DNA from: Raillietiella orientalis
Taxonomy: Eukaryota
DNA: 64,000 nt
Direction of reading: 5' to 3'
Assembly: GCA_036172245.1 (NCBI GenBank)
Contig: JAYWIR010000022.1
Location: forward strand, 1,860,001 to 1,924,000
Part shown: positions 1 to 12,762 of the stretch, piece after piece
Layout: each line of letters begins with the position of its first letter
How positions within the stretch are numbered: position 1 is the stretch's first letter
Made by a program: the position numbers and the translations under genes
Notes under the pieces: model-generated
Seen by the model: only the letters and a program-made list of their open reading frames with translations
Databases searched by the model: none
What the model was told of the DNA's origin: nothing

Positions 1-1500
1 CCACGCTCATCATGGAGGTGGAGGGACTTCCATCTAAAGGGAAAGCTGAAAAAGAGCTACTAACGCACCACACGCGCGTTCCAGGAAGGGGATATTCGTT
101 GGAAGGCACTCCCATTCCGCGCCCACTTAGAGAAACCACCCCAGAGGATCCAGCGGGAGAGTAGGACGAGGAACGCTCTCCTCTGGGAGCAGACGTCTCT
201 CTGGCAACAGTTCCTCGGTGGAGGTCGAGGTGGAGGTAAGACAGAGATCGGACTGCGTTGTTAATCTCAACAAGCGTCACAGGAAGATGCTGGATGGTTA
301 CGGGCATCCGTCGCACTCCGACCCCTTTTGTTTAGTGCAAAGTGACCCCAAGATCGCATGTGGAAGGAGCAGCTCTCAGACGTAGCTCAGGGTCTAAAGG
401 AGAAGGCGAATGGCAGGAACTCTCTCTTTGGGAGAACGATGTCCTCCGCAAGGGACTCGGGAGGAAGCGGCAGAAGAGAGATACCCGATGCTTTTTCGGC
501 AGCCATTCGTCTCCAACGGAAGAGCGAGGGAGGGCATGAGGGTCGCGCGCGCGCGTGCAAACGGGAAATGGCGCGAAACCAATGTTACCAACGAAAGGGA
601 GCTCTTGAGGTCCCTGCTGATCATCAGAGAGTCAGCTGCTGCCCCTCCGCCAACCGAAGAAACCGCGAATGCCGATGGGTCCGTAAGAAGGCGGACACAG
701 CTCATCTCGTGTGGGCGTATCTGGTTGTTGTTGAAGGGGGTGGGGGTGAGGTAGATGGCTGGCAGTGGCCACCGTCTTCCGAGTTGAAGGAGAGGAAGAG
801 TGGAAGAGTGTGAAAGGAGGAAGAGAGAGGATGCACGCATTCTGGGGACTGTGCGTCGTTTTTCTGTCCTCCCAGTACTCTGGACCTCACCTTCAAGAGG
901 AGTGAAGCGGCGAAGGATTCGAATTTTCCTCCCTGAAGGGCTCTGTACCTACGACTTGCTGGGGGATTATGGTGGAAGAATCACATGGCGGACAGTCTGT
1001 CTCCATTGGACCTAAGAATGGCAGGAGGAGAAGGGGGAGAAGTCTTTGCGAAAGGAGCGGGCGGAAGATTCGTCATCATGCAGAACACGTGGATGGCCCT
1101 CACGACAGCAGGTGGTACTGGTCCGCAGCGGGGCTGCTGTCGAAAGTTGGTCAAAGTCGAAGTGAAATCATCCCTCATCTCTCTTTAGCCGCCGCAAAGG
1201 ACTCGAGGCGGAGCATGCAAAGATGGAAGAGAGAGATAGAGAGGAGAGGGGATGCATGCTCGTTTTCCTGGAGAAAGGAAAACCTCTGCACCATCGTCGT
1301 GAGAGTGAAGCCGGAAAAACTGAAAACATCCGAGCTCGGAGGCGGATCGATGCGGCAGAGGTGTGATGAAGAGGGATAGAAAGGGGAAGGATTGCATTCT
1401 CCTTCCTTGGAGATCTACTACCTTCGCATGGAGGCGGACGAACGGAAAGATCAGGAAGCGGGATTGATCAACTCTGCCTACAAACGAGGCGTTCTCTGAG
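1..1500 (+). mobile_element. Highly decayed Ty3/gypsy pol relic (RNase H to integrase)
   Basis: Broken-frame motifs in the expected order: AEKELLT (~45; cf. IEKELLAI), KPPQRIQR (~133; cf. PPRIQR), RIFLPEGLC (~920; cf. RIVIPxxLR), RWYWSAAGLL (~1110; cf. PWxxVAADL), VKPEKLKTS (cf. GxPExLxSD). By-eye motif recognition only. Confidence 0.35.
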
Positions 1501-4500
1501 GTGCGGAGGGGTGGCGAAAGCCAGCAAGGGAGAGGAGTTTCGGAAATCAGGATGAGTAGTGGCGTATCGGAAGAGCATGGTGGGGTCTTTGCTGCGAACC
1601 TCGGTGCCCTGGAAGCTCCCAGAGACATCAAATGACGCTGAGACTCATTCGTTCCTCCTGCCAGCCTGCAGCACGCTCCGTCGAGATTGAGGATTTCAGT
1701 TCACTGGGAGCAAGACATAGGTGCCTTTTCCTCTTTCTGCTCGCATCACTTTCTAAAGATCTAAAGGACAGGACATCCCAGTTCTGGGAAGAAATGATGG
1801 AGACCCGGTCTGTGGAGAAGAATTGACCTTCTCTCCCCTTCTTCGAGCCTGGCTCCTCCAATTTCTAGAAGACTCTGGACACACAGGTATCCGTGACTAG
1901 AACAGAAACACTCGGCATCAAGAAGCAGTGGGCACGTGGATCTTCATGGCGATGCCGCCTTCCTCCTCACCTCGGAAGACACTCGCCTCAAGAGGCGAGT
2001 GACTTCCGAGGAAACCTTCCCTCGGCGCACTTCCCATCGGGACAAGCCTTCCTCCCTGGGGCTCAACGCAAGACCGTTTCGAACGCCCTGCGGTTCCCAC
2101 CTCCAGTTCCTAGGGAGAGAAAGGGAATGAAATCTCCTGCATCCTGGGATGTGATGACCTGCGTTATCGTGGGGGTCACGAAGCCTATCGTTGCATTCAT
2201 GGAGGACGATATGGCCTACAACCCTGCTTGAGCCTCCGAGTATGGGAGGATTTTGCTAAAGTCCCACTCGATACCGCCTCCAGCCATCCTCAGCACTGCC
2301 AGCAGCACTCCACCGCCCTGCCGGTGGCAGTGCGCTGTTGCGGCCTGCCTTGCCCGAAGAACGAGGCACCGCGTGTCTGTAGAATACACAGTTCTGCGGA
2401 GTCATGCCCCTAGGATGCTCCAGAAGCTGCATCCCCGGACTGGACGCGCACGCATCGCAATGGAAACCCTAGTCCACATCTTAGGGGGAGCTCCGTTTCT
2501 TCGGACCTTGCTGTTCGGCTTCCTGCTTCCGCCCCAGCCCGAGCAGCAGCGATGGACAGGATGCCAGAGGAGTTTGGCACTGCTGGCTCGCAAGAAAGAT
2601 GCCTTCGCTTCCCTTTTGCGAGGGCAGAGGACGGCTCCAAGTGGCAGCACATGCGAAACGAAGCCTCAGGGCAGCTAGAGACAAACGAAAGAAAGACCAA
2701 TCCCTTCCTACCCATCCCAACTCAGGCCTTGACAGTCCTCAGGAGAGGATGGTCTCATCCCCATCTCCGGTCATTCAATGGATCTTCTCTTTCTTCCCTG
2801 GTGACGTCATTCCCAGTAGGATTCGAGATGACGCTTGCTTCTCTTATCCATCGCTCACTGGTTTCAAATAAATCACCCGCTGCATCTGAGAGAAGAAGAG
2901 ATTCTGTTCCTTTGGCATTTTCTTCGTCATTGCTGCTTTCTCCCTCTTTGCAAGCTGGGAGGGATGCGGACGATCTTCCAAAGCCCCTTCCAGCCGTCAT
3001 GATTTGAGCTAGCAGCTGGGCCGTTTTCCTCACCCAGGTGCAGAAGATTGAGCATTTCCTTCGCGCGGAGACGCGAGCAAAGCGACACTTTCCAAAACAG
3101 CATCTCTTTCTTTCTGGACCCGCTTGCTGAGGAAGCCAGGGACGAGAGCGCAGCATCCGGGGCCCGCGGGCAGCAGAGATCGGTGTGCAGGGGAGTTGTC
3201 GGCGGCGCCGTCCTTGAGTTTTCGACGTCGCTGCCGCCAGGTGTCTCCATGATGGAGTCAGCGGCTGCTTCCCCACTGTACCCGCTACCGACCCTCCAGC
3301 TCGCAGCGCAAAGCTCGGAATGTTCGCCAACTACGCGACGCGCCAACCATCCTCCCCTTCCACGAACAAGCTCTCCAGAACCTTTGCAGCATCCGAAATC
3401 CAAGAATCACAGGGCTCAGGAATGCGGGTGGCCTCCACTCTCAAAGAGAAGGCAATGAAAGGAAAGAGGGACTTCCCTGACCCCTACTCGTGGCAGAGGA
3501 GGCTTAGCACTACGCTCCGTGCAGATGGAAGAGGAGGAGGGGAAATCGGAGACGAAATCCTTGCCATCTGCACCTCCTTCCCTCCTTCCTTCTCCTCTTT
3601 CTTTGTGAACGCCTGGAGGAAATGGGGAAAGAATAGAGGCGGATCACGTCCGCATGAGTGCCAGGGTGCCGCGCATTTGTCTCTCGACGCGTGCCCGGGA
3701 AGCAGGCTGGTGGCGCCCGCCTCCCAGCATCCTGGAACCACGTTCAGACAACATCCACCGCTTGGAGGGAGCTCATCGATCACCAGGAAGGCAGCAGCCG
3801 CCTGGTCGGTGGCGCGAAGAGCATTGGATGCCCTGCCAGACAGAGGATCGGGGAACGAGACGCTCACGTCTTCCCGCCGCCGCGCCCCGACCGGGAAGTG
3901 CAGGTCGACGCTGTCTCCGGAGCGGCAGACGGATACGTTCCTGCTCCGATTAGCACTCTGTATTTGTTTCGCTGCAGCCTCCATTGGAGATTCTTTATCA
4001 GCGCACCCTTCCGCGCATTTGGCAGGATGCACGCGCGCGCGGCTGCAGGCATGAATGAACGGCATCTTGGCGAGCCCTCGGCATTCCTCCGGGAGACCTG
4101 GCAGGCGCTGCGGAGGGGCAGAGCTCGCGTATCATCGCGGCATGGAAGGAACCTGCGTCCGTGCCGTGTTCTCCTTGAAGGAGGCTGGCGCTAGGATTCG
4201 CTCCACGAAGAGACCCCAGGAGCTTGGAGATGGACGCCGCTCCTTGAGAGCGCGTTCTGGACTCCCGGAGGGCGCAAGATGAAAGAGGGGAGACTTTGCA
4301 AGGGAATGGAAAGAGGCCGGAACCTCAGTCGCGTTCCTGCGTGTGTGGGAGGGGGACGAGGTCAGCCATCCACGTTCTCTTGCAGTTCTCGATGGCCTTC
4401 TGGAGACTTTTAGGTGATTCCCTCTTGTTGTGCCGCCATCTTTTCGCATCCGCCATAGGGCAGAAAAGTCAGAGGAGCAGCCGTCCTCTGGCCTGCATCC

Positions 4501-4734
4501 TGCTCCCGGCTACTCAGCTCCCTGAGCGCCATGGGAAGGGAGGAGGAGGTAGCTTCCTTCCCCTTCCTCCCATGCGTGGGATGCGACTCCCCTCCTCCTT
4601 GCTCCCTACGGACCATGCGCTGCTTTCTCCCTGAGCCAACGCTTGTGAGGGGAGCGAGCGCCTCAGGAGAAGGTCGGGGACGACGGCACGTTCCTCCCAG
4701 GAGGAAGGACGGACTGGGATAGAAGGGAAGAGGT

Positions 4735-4823
4735 TTCCAGCCCTATTTCCACGCCTCTATCCCCATGGCGCTGTGCTTCAGAAGAGCACAGAGCCGTGGG
4801 GATAGAGGTGCTAGAAGCTGGAA
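4735..4823. repeat. Long imperfect inverted repeat (hairpin)
   Basis: cctctatccccatggcgctgtgctt (4754-4778) matches the reverse complement of gagcacagagccgtggggatagagg (4784-4808) at 22/25; outer ttccagc/gctggaa arms extend it. Confidence 0.85.
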
Positions 4824-5395
4824 GAACGATTCCCTTCTGTGTCGTCCGGTTTGACTCCGCCGCTCTCGATCCTCCAGGGAAGCCACGTGAGTCGAGGACT
4901 GCTCCGGCGTTTTTGTTCTCCACTGCCCTCCGGAGGCTCGCACTTGAGAACCTTCGGAGTCCCATGAAGGACTTTCTTCTAAAAAGGTTGTTGAATGAGG
5001 AGAGAGATCTCCTCGGGAAGTCCCCTCAGACTCTCCCGGGAGCAAAATAGGAGCAAGGTGAGCCCCAGTGCTGCATCCAGTATCGGGGAGGAGAAGGAAG
5101 AAGAGGAAGGAACGAGATACGAGGGAGAGTCGTGAGGTTTCCTTGGGGAAAGGGGAGGAGGAGCGCGGAAGGAAAGGTGTGCCCCACTTGCCTTCATAGC
5201 CTATTTGGGAAATTCGGGTCGGCGCATTCTTTCCCCTGTCCTCTAGATATGTTTCATTTTTCAGGGAGCGATCGACTCCTGGCTTGGCTGCAAAGGATGA
5301 CAGAAGGCGGGGAAAGAGAGAAAAGGTGAAGAGGAGGGGAGGGAGAGGAGAAGAAAGAAGGAAGAGTTTCCGAAGAGCCTCCGAGGGGGGGAACG

Positions 5396-5638
5396 GTGTT
5401 CGAACCAGTGTACGGTGCTCTAGGGACGGATACCGACGAGGGAAGTGCAGAAGGAGGACCGTACGAAACTCCTCAACCGCCTCGTGGCGTCACCTCCTTC
5501 CAGTACGTGGCGCACTTAGCACGCCTCCCTCTATACAAGAGCGTAGTCGATCCCGTGGAGCATCCGATCTTTTCGATCGAGCCAGAGGAGCTCCGGCTGA
5601 CGCACGCATGTGCGTACTCCTCCTTCCGTGCTTTTTGA
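5396..5638 (+). mobile_element. Probable gypsy integrase C-terminal GPY/F-motif relic
   Basis: FEPVYG...GGPYE...VAHLARLP...VEHPIFSI...LR resembles the GPY/F region (GPYxI...VAYxLxLP...HPVFHVSxL); in-frame TGA upstream at 5327. Confidence 0.35.
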
Positions 5639-8151
5639 GCAACACCCCGCTTTCTCTCTCCTCCCTCCCTTCTTCTTCCTCCAGTCTTCGGTGCGAAAGA
5701 CGCTCCTCCACCTCCGGGATGGAAAGGAGTCCTCCGGCAGATTTTCTGTCAGAGGGATCTGTGAGATATTCTAGGGGACGGACCTTTCCAGTTGGGGATG
5801 AAGAACGTGGCTCTGCGCGGAGGGAACGCTCGGTCCAAATTTCCTCCGCAACGCGCCCCCCTCTGACCCAACTTTAGTGCCATCCATGTGTCACTGAAAC
5901 GAAGGGTGCCTTCCGAAAGAAGGAGGGCAATTCAGCCGCCTTGTCAGTACGAGGGGCCCTGGGATGAAGGGATAGAGGAGGAGAGGGGAAGAGAAGGCGA
6001 AAGAAACAGAAGGCAGGCAAGGTTTCCCTCGGCAGCTGTTTCCACGACTACCGCTCTCTCTATTCCTCGCGAGAAGGAGAGAGCGAGGTGGAAGCAGGGA
6101 GGGAGGGTCTCGGAATGCCTGAGCTCGATTCCGTCGGGGCTCCGTCGCGAGCGCGAGCGAGCGGCCGCGGCGGCAGCAGCAATCTGTACCGGCGGCGGAG
6201 GCCAAGTACTCGCGCGCAGCGTCGTCCTCCGAGGAGGAGGAGCAGCGACATTGTTACTTGCGGGAGAGGAGGGTACTGGAGTACTGTGTCAAGTGCGCAG
6301 GCCATCGTGTCGGCGGTTCCCCTGTTCATTCCTTTGACCCAGTTTTGGGAGAGGATCCGGCGGCGGAGGAGGTCCTTTCGAGCGATGCGCGCCTCTCCCG
6401 AGCGCCAGACCTGAGTGGAGGAGGATCGTCTTCCGAGTTCCCCGCGTCCCTAGGGAAGAGCTTCTGAACGGTGAGTATGCCTTGGGTGCGTAGGGAGGGT
6501 GGGAGAAGGAAGAGCGAAGAGAATGAAGCACGCGGTTGCTGAGAACTCACCCTCGCCTGCGCTCTGGGAAGGGGGGGAGATGACGTGCCGCCATGTTTTC
6601 CTCCGCCATCGGATGGGCGCCCCCAGAGTCGCGGCTGCTCCCGGAAGGGAGCAGTGGACAGCAGTTCCCTTCTCCTCTCTCTCGTCCCTTTGCTCCGGAG
6701 CGCCCTGAGAATTTTGAGGTCTGCAGAGGGAGGTCGGGGGTGAATAGCGAGCGAGGATCCACAGCCTTCCGAGTGGGCGTGTCCGGCTGCTCCCTGAGGC
6801 CACTTTGTCAAGTCCTCACCCCGTCCTCTGCTCCTGCCCGTCTTCCCTCGGGAATCTCGTAGAGCGTTCGATTCGCCACCAACGGCCCCGCGGCTGTCAG
6901 GGACACCACCTAATGGTCATCGCTGCTTGCCACCGTCACGTCACTTCGAGGAAGCAGCACACAGCCGCAAGATCTCGCCCTGGATCTTCCTCTGCAGCCT
7001 CTTCAGGGGATCCAGCAGAAGTCCAGAGGCTGGGAGTCTTCCGCCGTTCGTGCCATCGTCACGGTTGCTCTTCTTCTTGGATTCTGCTCCTTCCCTGTCT
7101 CCCCTTCCCAGGAAGGTCCGGTGCACCCTCCCTCTGCGAGAACTCCTGGTTTCGAGTCGCCTGGGCGGGACGCCAGGGGTGCCTCCTTTCCCTGCCACCG
7201 TGTGCCCGGTGCTGTGTTGGTCGTCTTTCTTGCTTTCCCTACACGGGCCACCCACCGCGAACGAGGAGGAAAGGAAGCAAAGAGGGATGGGGCAAGGTCG
7301 AGGACGCGCAGCGCCATATGCGCGCCATCTTGGATGGATTGAGTACCTCGTGAAAAGATGGCGTAGGAGAGTTTTCTCTCTCCACCGAGACGCGTGCGTG
7401 GGAGCCCAGCAGCGTCCGCCCGTCCCGCATCTGCAGCCCAGAGAGACCCTTGAACGAGCAGTAGCCCAAACCGCACCCTCCCGCTAGAAGACAGCAAGGG
7501 CGTGTGGGTAGAGGAGGTGAGAATGGAGGATAAGGGAGATGGGGGGGGGGAGGTAAGATTTGTGCCTCCATCGCGGAGAGGTCCTCCCAGGCACGCTCGC
7601 GCTTTCAAGCAGTGTCACTCCCCATCCCCCACATCCAAGGTGATCGAGTTGACTCCCTCCCTCCCTACAAGCCCATCGTGCTCATGGTAAACCTTGGAGT
7701 TCCTTTCTGGCTCGGGTAAACCGTGCGGACTGATTGCTCCTCCCCTTTCCTTCTTTTCCTTTCTTTCTGTGTCGCTGCTGGGGGCGCCCGGAGTGAGGCG
7801 TTCGCAGGCAGCAATCGATAGCCAGTCGGAGAGTACAGGAGAGGCGGGTCCAAGCCTCGCACATCGCGCCGAAGGTACGGCTGTACGGACCCTGCTTTCT
7901 CTGCCCCCCCCCTTCCGTCTCTCTCTCTATCTGTGTCTTCTCAGCTTTCTCTGAAGACTGCCGGACGGAGGTTTGGCTCGTGGCGTTTCCAGCTGAGGTC
8001 ACTGGCGCGGTCTCGCTTCGGAGATCGATCGGTCTTCCTCTTCCTCCCTCCCTCCTCCCTCCTCCTCCTCCTCGCTGTCGTCCTTTCTTTTTCCTGCCTG
8101 TTTACCCAAGGGGAAGCGGAAGAAAGACGTGTCAGCCTGAGTACAGGTAGA

Positions 8152-8189
8152 TGGCGGGAAGGAATGCGCGCGCGCGTGCCTTCCCGCCA
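8152..8189. repeat. Near-perfect 38-nt palindrome with (GC)n core
   Basis: tggcgggaagg-aatgcgcgcgcgcgtg-ccttcccgcca; 11-bp perfect outer arms. Confidence 0.85.
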
Positions 8190-8759
8190 CATTGGACTGA
8201 GGGATTCGCGGAGGAGGAGCAGCAAGGCGGCGGGCGCGAAGGGGGAAGGGAGGGAAGTCCTCCGAGCCCGACAGAGAGACTCATGCAAACCTCCTGGTGT
8301 CCACTCTAGTAGAGAAGGATGAGCACAGGAGTGCGGGCGTCTCTAGAGGTGCAGCAGTCTCCCAGGGAAGCTTCCGAGCAAGAATCCGGCTTCGCTGCCC
8401 AGTTCTACCCCCTCAGTGTTTCCTAGGCTCTCAGGGGAGGCTAGTCGGACGCTTCCTCGTGTCGCCGGTGGTGGCAGTTCTTGCAGAAGTTCCGAAGACG
8501 AGGGAAAAGAACCCGAAGTCTTCCTGAAGGTCTCTCTGGAATCCTAACCGTCCTTCCCCACGCAAAGAACGCTCACGTACCCCCTCATCCCACAGAGAGG
8601 GTGCCTGCCCTCCGCAAGAACAGATCGCTTTGGAGATCGGCTGCAGAAGAGGGGGTGGAAAAAAGTCGGAGAGTGAGGGAACCGTCAAAGAGGAGGCGGA
8701 TGAGAGGCGATCTTCTCCACTGGGTAGGAAGAGTTCCCACATCTCCCAACCTTCTTCAG

Positions 8760-9060
8760 GGACGCCCCCTCGTAAGCATCGTCCTTCATACGAAACAATT
8801 CAGCGCTCCAGGAAGCCGCCATATTCCTAGCAACTGGATGGTTTCTCGCTGTAGCTCGAAAGCCTCACCACTCTGACTCATAACGCCTTCTTCCTTCTTG
8901 GGAGGCAACCAGGATCCAGAAGCCTCCCATAAACGATCCTCTTGCCTTGTATCTTCTCCATGCTCTTCCACCCTACAAGGCTAGTGGAACTGATGTTCCA
9001 GCAGAGGCCTGAGAGTAATGCAGTCACCATGGCAATGTGCTCTGTCAACTGTTTGGAAAG
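8760..9060 (+). mobile_element. Decayed Ty3/gypsy RNase H relic
   Basis: FFLGGNQDPEASHKR (cf. YLxGxxFxxxTDHKPL) followed by LVELMFQQRPESNAVTMAMCS (cf. LxEFxFxIxHRPGxxNxVADALS). Confidence 0.3.
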
Positions 9061-10114
9061 CGGAAAGGTGACAAGGAAGGAGGGAGAGAGGAGCAAAGGG
9101 CAGGAAGAGCTCGACCGATCTCTTGAAAGCACGCAGGCCTGCGGACGGCATCAGCGGCTACCTCGGAACGTGAGATAGGGAAAGTTTTGGAAGAAAAAGG
9201 GAAGAAGAGGAGGAGGTGCCTGTCCCTGTCCATAGCCTCAACTGTGCGTCACGGGGCTTCCTGCGATAAATAGTCCTCATTCCCGGCTTTTCCCCTTTCT
9301 TTGTTTCTCGATTACTCCCGATTTCTGACGCCGGCGCCACTTCGCTCCCTGCAGACCTCAAAAGAAAAGAGCAAAAAAAAAAAGGGAGAAGAAAGGAAAG
9401 GAGATTTCCCTCGTATCCCTCGTTCGTGTGCAAGCAGGGAAGCAAGGGAGCTGTTTCCCGGTTGTCCGAGTCGGGCCTCGCGGCATTGCAGTACCTTGGT
9501 GGAGACGCTGCGATTTCCACGAGGTTCCAAAAAGCACGCGCTTCCTCCTACCTTCCTCCACCCCTTCCTACCTTTGCCCTTCCTGACTTCGTCCCTTCTG
9601 CTAAAAGTTCGCTCCAGATCCGTGCCTCACGTGCCACAAGAAAAAAACGGAGATGTCGGTCGTTCCTGCTTCCGTCTGCAGGAGGCAGCCGGCCGGCCGA
9701 CCAGTAGCGCAACCGCAGGATGGGGAAAGGGAGGAAGGATTCTTGGTAGAGCGACTCTGTGGCCGGGAGCTAGGAGGAGCGCTAGGCGGTGATTGCGCGG
9801 GAGACCTGCGTACCGGTTCACGGAGGTCGCCACACGCGTGGCAGTAGCGTCTAAGAATAGAAGCGATCCCGGTGGAGGGCGAATACCGGGAAGGCGGACT
9901 CCGGGAACAGCCTGAGGGTTGTTTTCCCTTTCCACGCTCCTTGACGGTGCGCATGCGCACTCTCATCCCACGCCACTTGCCTCTCCTCTTCCAGAGACCT
10001 CCCGAAGGGGGAGATGCTCTGAAGAAATCGGCGCGTCCCGAAGAAGTGCCGCCCGCAGATTTCCGGGAGCGTCGGGACGACCCTGCGGATGACGGCGGCC
10101 ACCGTTACTGCCAC

Positions 10115-10166
10115 GACGGCGACGACGACGACGACGTCGGCGAGGGCAACGACGACGTCGGCGACG
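10115..10166. repeat. (GAC)n-rich low-complexity tract
   Basis: (gac)5 at 10121-10135 plus duplicated acgacgacgtcggcga; reads DDDDD in the frame of the BTB gene's first exon. Confidence 0.8.
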
Positions 10167-10207
10167 TTCCCAGGCGCCTAGGCGCGCGCCGCCGGCACGG
10201 AACCACC

Positions 10208-12762
10208 ATGGATCCAGATGACCTCACTGTCAAAGAGTAAGGCTGCCGCCGAGTACGCCAGAGACCCTTCCAAGAGGGATCGCAGCAGAGACGACGCCGT
10301 TCGCGGACCCGGTCGGGACGGACGTCTTGAAGTGGCGGCGTCCGGCCGGCTTTGCAATGAGCGTGCGCCGCTCCCTCTACTTGCTGCCGGCACTCGCCTT
10401 TCCAAAAAGGTGTGGGAGAGGGGTGGAGTTGGCCCAGAAAAGGAACAGCGGCTGTCACCTTGACTTCGCCTGGGGCCATCCTTACAAAAAAGGCATTTCC
10501 CCATTCCTCTCTCCCCTTCCCCTCGACGCTCCCAAGTCTCGTATTCTCTCTCCTGAGAGCTCATCCGGGAAGTTGTTTTGCCTTCGGCACTCGCTCAGTG
10601 TTTCTCCAAAGCTCGGCGTTTCGCCCGCGGAACTCCCACGAGGCTTCCAGAGTCGTTGCTGATCCTCCTCGTCGTGGCGACAGCATTTCCGCAAGCGGAG
10701 CTGGAAGCGCTCTCAGGGCTGCCGCTGCCGCCCTCCCCTTTCTCCAGCCCCTGTTCCCTGGGCTAGCGACCGAAACTTCCGGAGCTCCCACCGCAACTGC
10801 GCGCGTCCGGGTCGTCATGACTCCGGCTGACGGCAGACGCCGTCGCCAGGGGGCGAAGGGTATGGTTGGTTGCCGGAGAACGATCCCTGGGCGCACGCGT
10901 GCGCGCGCCTGAGTCTGTGGCTGAAACCCACACCGAGACTCGTGTGGTTCATTACGAAGCCGGTGCACCTGTGGTCGTGGATGTCGTTGGTCCGCGCGGT
11001 CGCTCTTGTGGTTGCCTCTAGACCCGGCGAGGCGCGCGCGACTGGGACTGTTCATCAGCCGCGCGGTCGCTCCTGAAGCCACGGGCAGGGAGGCGAGTGG
11101 CCATGGTTCTCCTGGAGGGTGGCTGTCGAGAATGAGTGATCGCTCGGTAGCCCTGAAAGAAGCTCTCGAAGCGCAGTGGTAGAAGGATGAGATCCGCTGG
11201 TGTGGTTGGTTTGATGGCCGCTTCTTGTGGCTGAGCCTTTTCTGTGTGGCCGAGGCTTGAAGGCTTTGTCTTGTTGTGCATTCTCAACCGTTAATTCGTC
11301 CCAGAGCATGCGACGGCTCCTACGGCTAGACTAGCAATCCCAGAACCGAGGGGAATTGAACTTGAGCATTCCTGCTATCCTGGACGCGAAGGGACAGGGA
11401 GGGAGATCATTCATTCGTACATTCGTAGTCGGAAAAGGAGATCGCGATACGAGTGCCCTACCGATCTCTCCCACTTTAGCGCCCTCACCTCCCTCCTCTC
11501 TTCCTGCAGGATCCAGAGCATGTACGATAACGGCGAGCACAGTGACGTGGTGTTCATCATCGGTAGCCCTGGATGCCACGGGAGCTGCGTGCAGTTCCGT
11601 GCGCATTCCCGAGTCCTGCGCACGCACGAGTCTGTATTCCGGACGATGTTCAGCAGCGCCTGGCATGCGGACGAACGCAACCCGCAAGAGATCCTCATCC
11701 CGGATCTGGAAGAGAGGGGATTCGAGAATTTGCTCAGGTAGGTCTCTCCACAGTGCCCGAGGGAGGTCTCAGGGGGAGGAGGAGATGGGGAAGACTGGGG
11801 CCGGTCCGCTGGCTACGTCAGGCGGACCGGCTCCCTCTTTTCTCCCCTTTTCCTCCTCTTCCTCCTCCTCCTTCGTTCCTCCTTTTCCCTCCTTCTTCTC
11901 CTGGCGCCCTCCAACAGTGGCTTCCAGGCACGCTTACAGACACGAGATCAAGCTGACCTCCTTCGGAACCGCCCTCAACACCCTCATCTCGGCGGACCGG
12001 TACATCTGCTGCGACTTGATCCTGAAGTGCCTAGGATACATCAGCAGCCGCCTGGACGCCGACAACGCGCTGCAGACGTACGACGTGCTGCTGTCGGTGT
12101 TTCCCGGAGTACTTCCCTCCAACGGCAGCCACTCTCCTTCCGCCCCTTCCCCCAAGTCAGTTGCCCTGCCCAGGACCATTGTGGAGCTCACTGTCTCCAT
12201 CATGAAGCGGTGCTTGGCGGCCATCTGCGAGCACGCAAGGCGGCTTCTGGCCGACGAGACGTTCGAGGAGGTGTCAATTGGCGCAGTGGACAGCATCCTG
12301 CGACTGGACCGCCTGGACTGCGACGAGGTGGCCGCGTACAACGCGCTGCTCGGCTGGGCGGAGCGCAACGCAAAGCGCTGCAAACTTCCTCCGGAAAAGA
12401 TGCGCGCCCTCGTAGGAGATGCGCGCTTCGCGGTGAGGTTCCTGACCATGACCGAGGAGGAGTTCTCCTCCCTGAGGTCCAAGGGACTGCTGCTCTCGGA
12501 GGCGGAGGTCTCGTTCCTTGCCAATTCCCTCAGGAACGGTGCCCCGGTCGTTTGCGTCCCCGAGTCCGTCTCCCCTTTCGTTGGCTATCTGCAGAGATCC
12601 CGCAAGAAGTGTGCACCTTTCCGCAGGGGTCGCCGCAAGAGCAGCCGGCGCAGGAAGAAAAAGCAACACCAGGCCAAGGAGCGCGGGGACCGTCCCAAGC
12701 GCAAAACGAAGGAAGTGGTAATGGAAGTGGTCTTCATGGGACTGGATGCCCTATTCGGCTGA
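10208..12762 (+). CDS. BTB/POZ-BACK domain protein (BTBD1/2/3/6-like N-terminal half, no PHR/kelch seen); exons 10208-10236 (tentative), 11510-11737, 11928-12762; ~363 aa
   Basis: Spliced translation: MDPDDLTVKE/IQSMYDNGEHSDVVFIIG...FRAHSRVL...SVFRTMF...EILIPDLEERGFENLLR/HAYRHEIKLTS...TLISADRY...KCLGYISSRLDADNAL (BTB), then LLADETFEEVSIGAVDSILRLDRLDCDEVAAYNALLGWAE...VRFLTMTEEEF (BACK). Canonical phase-compatible splice sites: GA|gtaagg 10237, cctgcag|G 11509, AG|gtaggt 11738, ttccag|G 11927. Exon 1 has the context accaccATGG but is less certain than exons 2-3. Confidence 0.85.

Noticed and set aside
3760..4220. Possible fourth RLE retrotransposon relic (AWSVARRALDALPDRG...GKCRS...ERH)
   Set aside because: Loose resemblance only; the CCHC and PD..D residues are not recoverable.
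342..11300. Many 100-240 aa ORFs on both strands
   Set aside because: Expected from stop-codon scarcity in GC-rich low-complexity DNA; no coherent domain or exon chain found apart from transposon motif remnants.
11356..11927. N-terminal part of the 468-aa ORF 11356-12762 as real protein
   Set aside because: The BTB N-terminal half is in another frame (11510-11737), and the ORF reads through a pyrimidine-rich intron; only 11928-12762 is coding in this frame.
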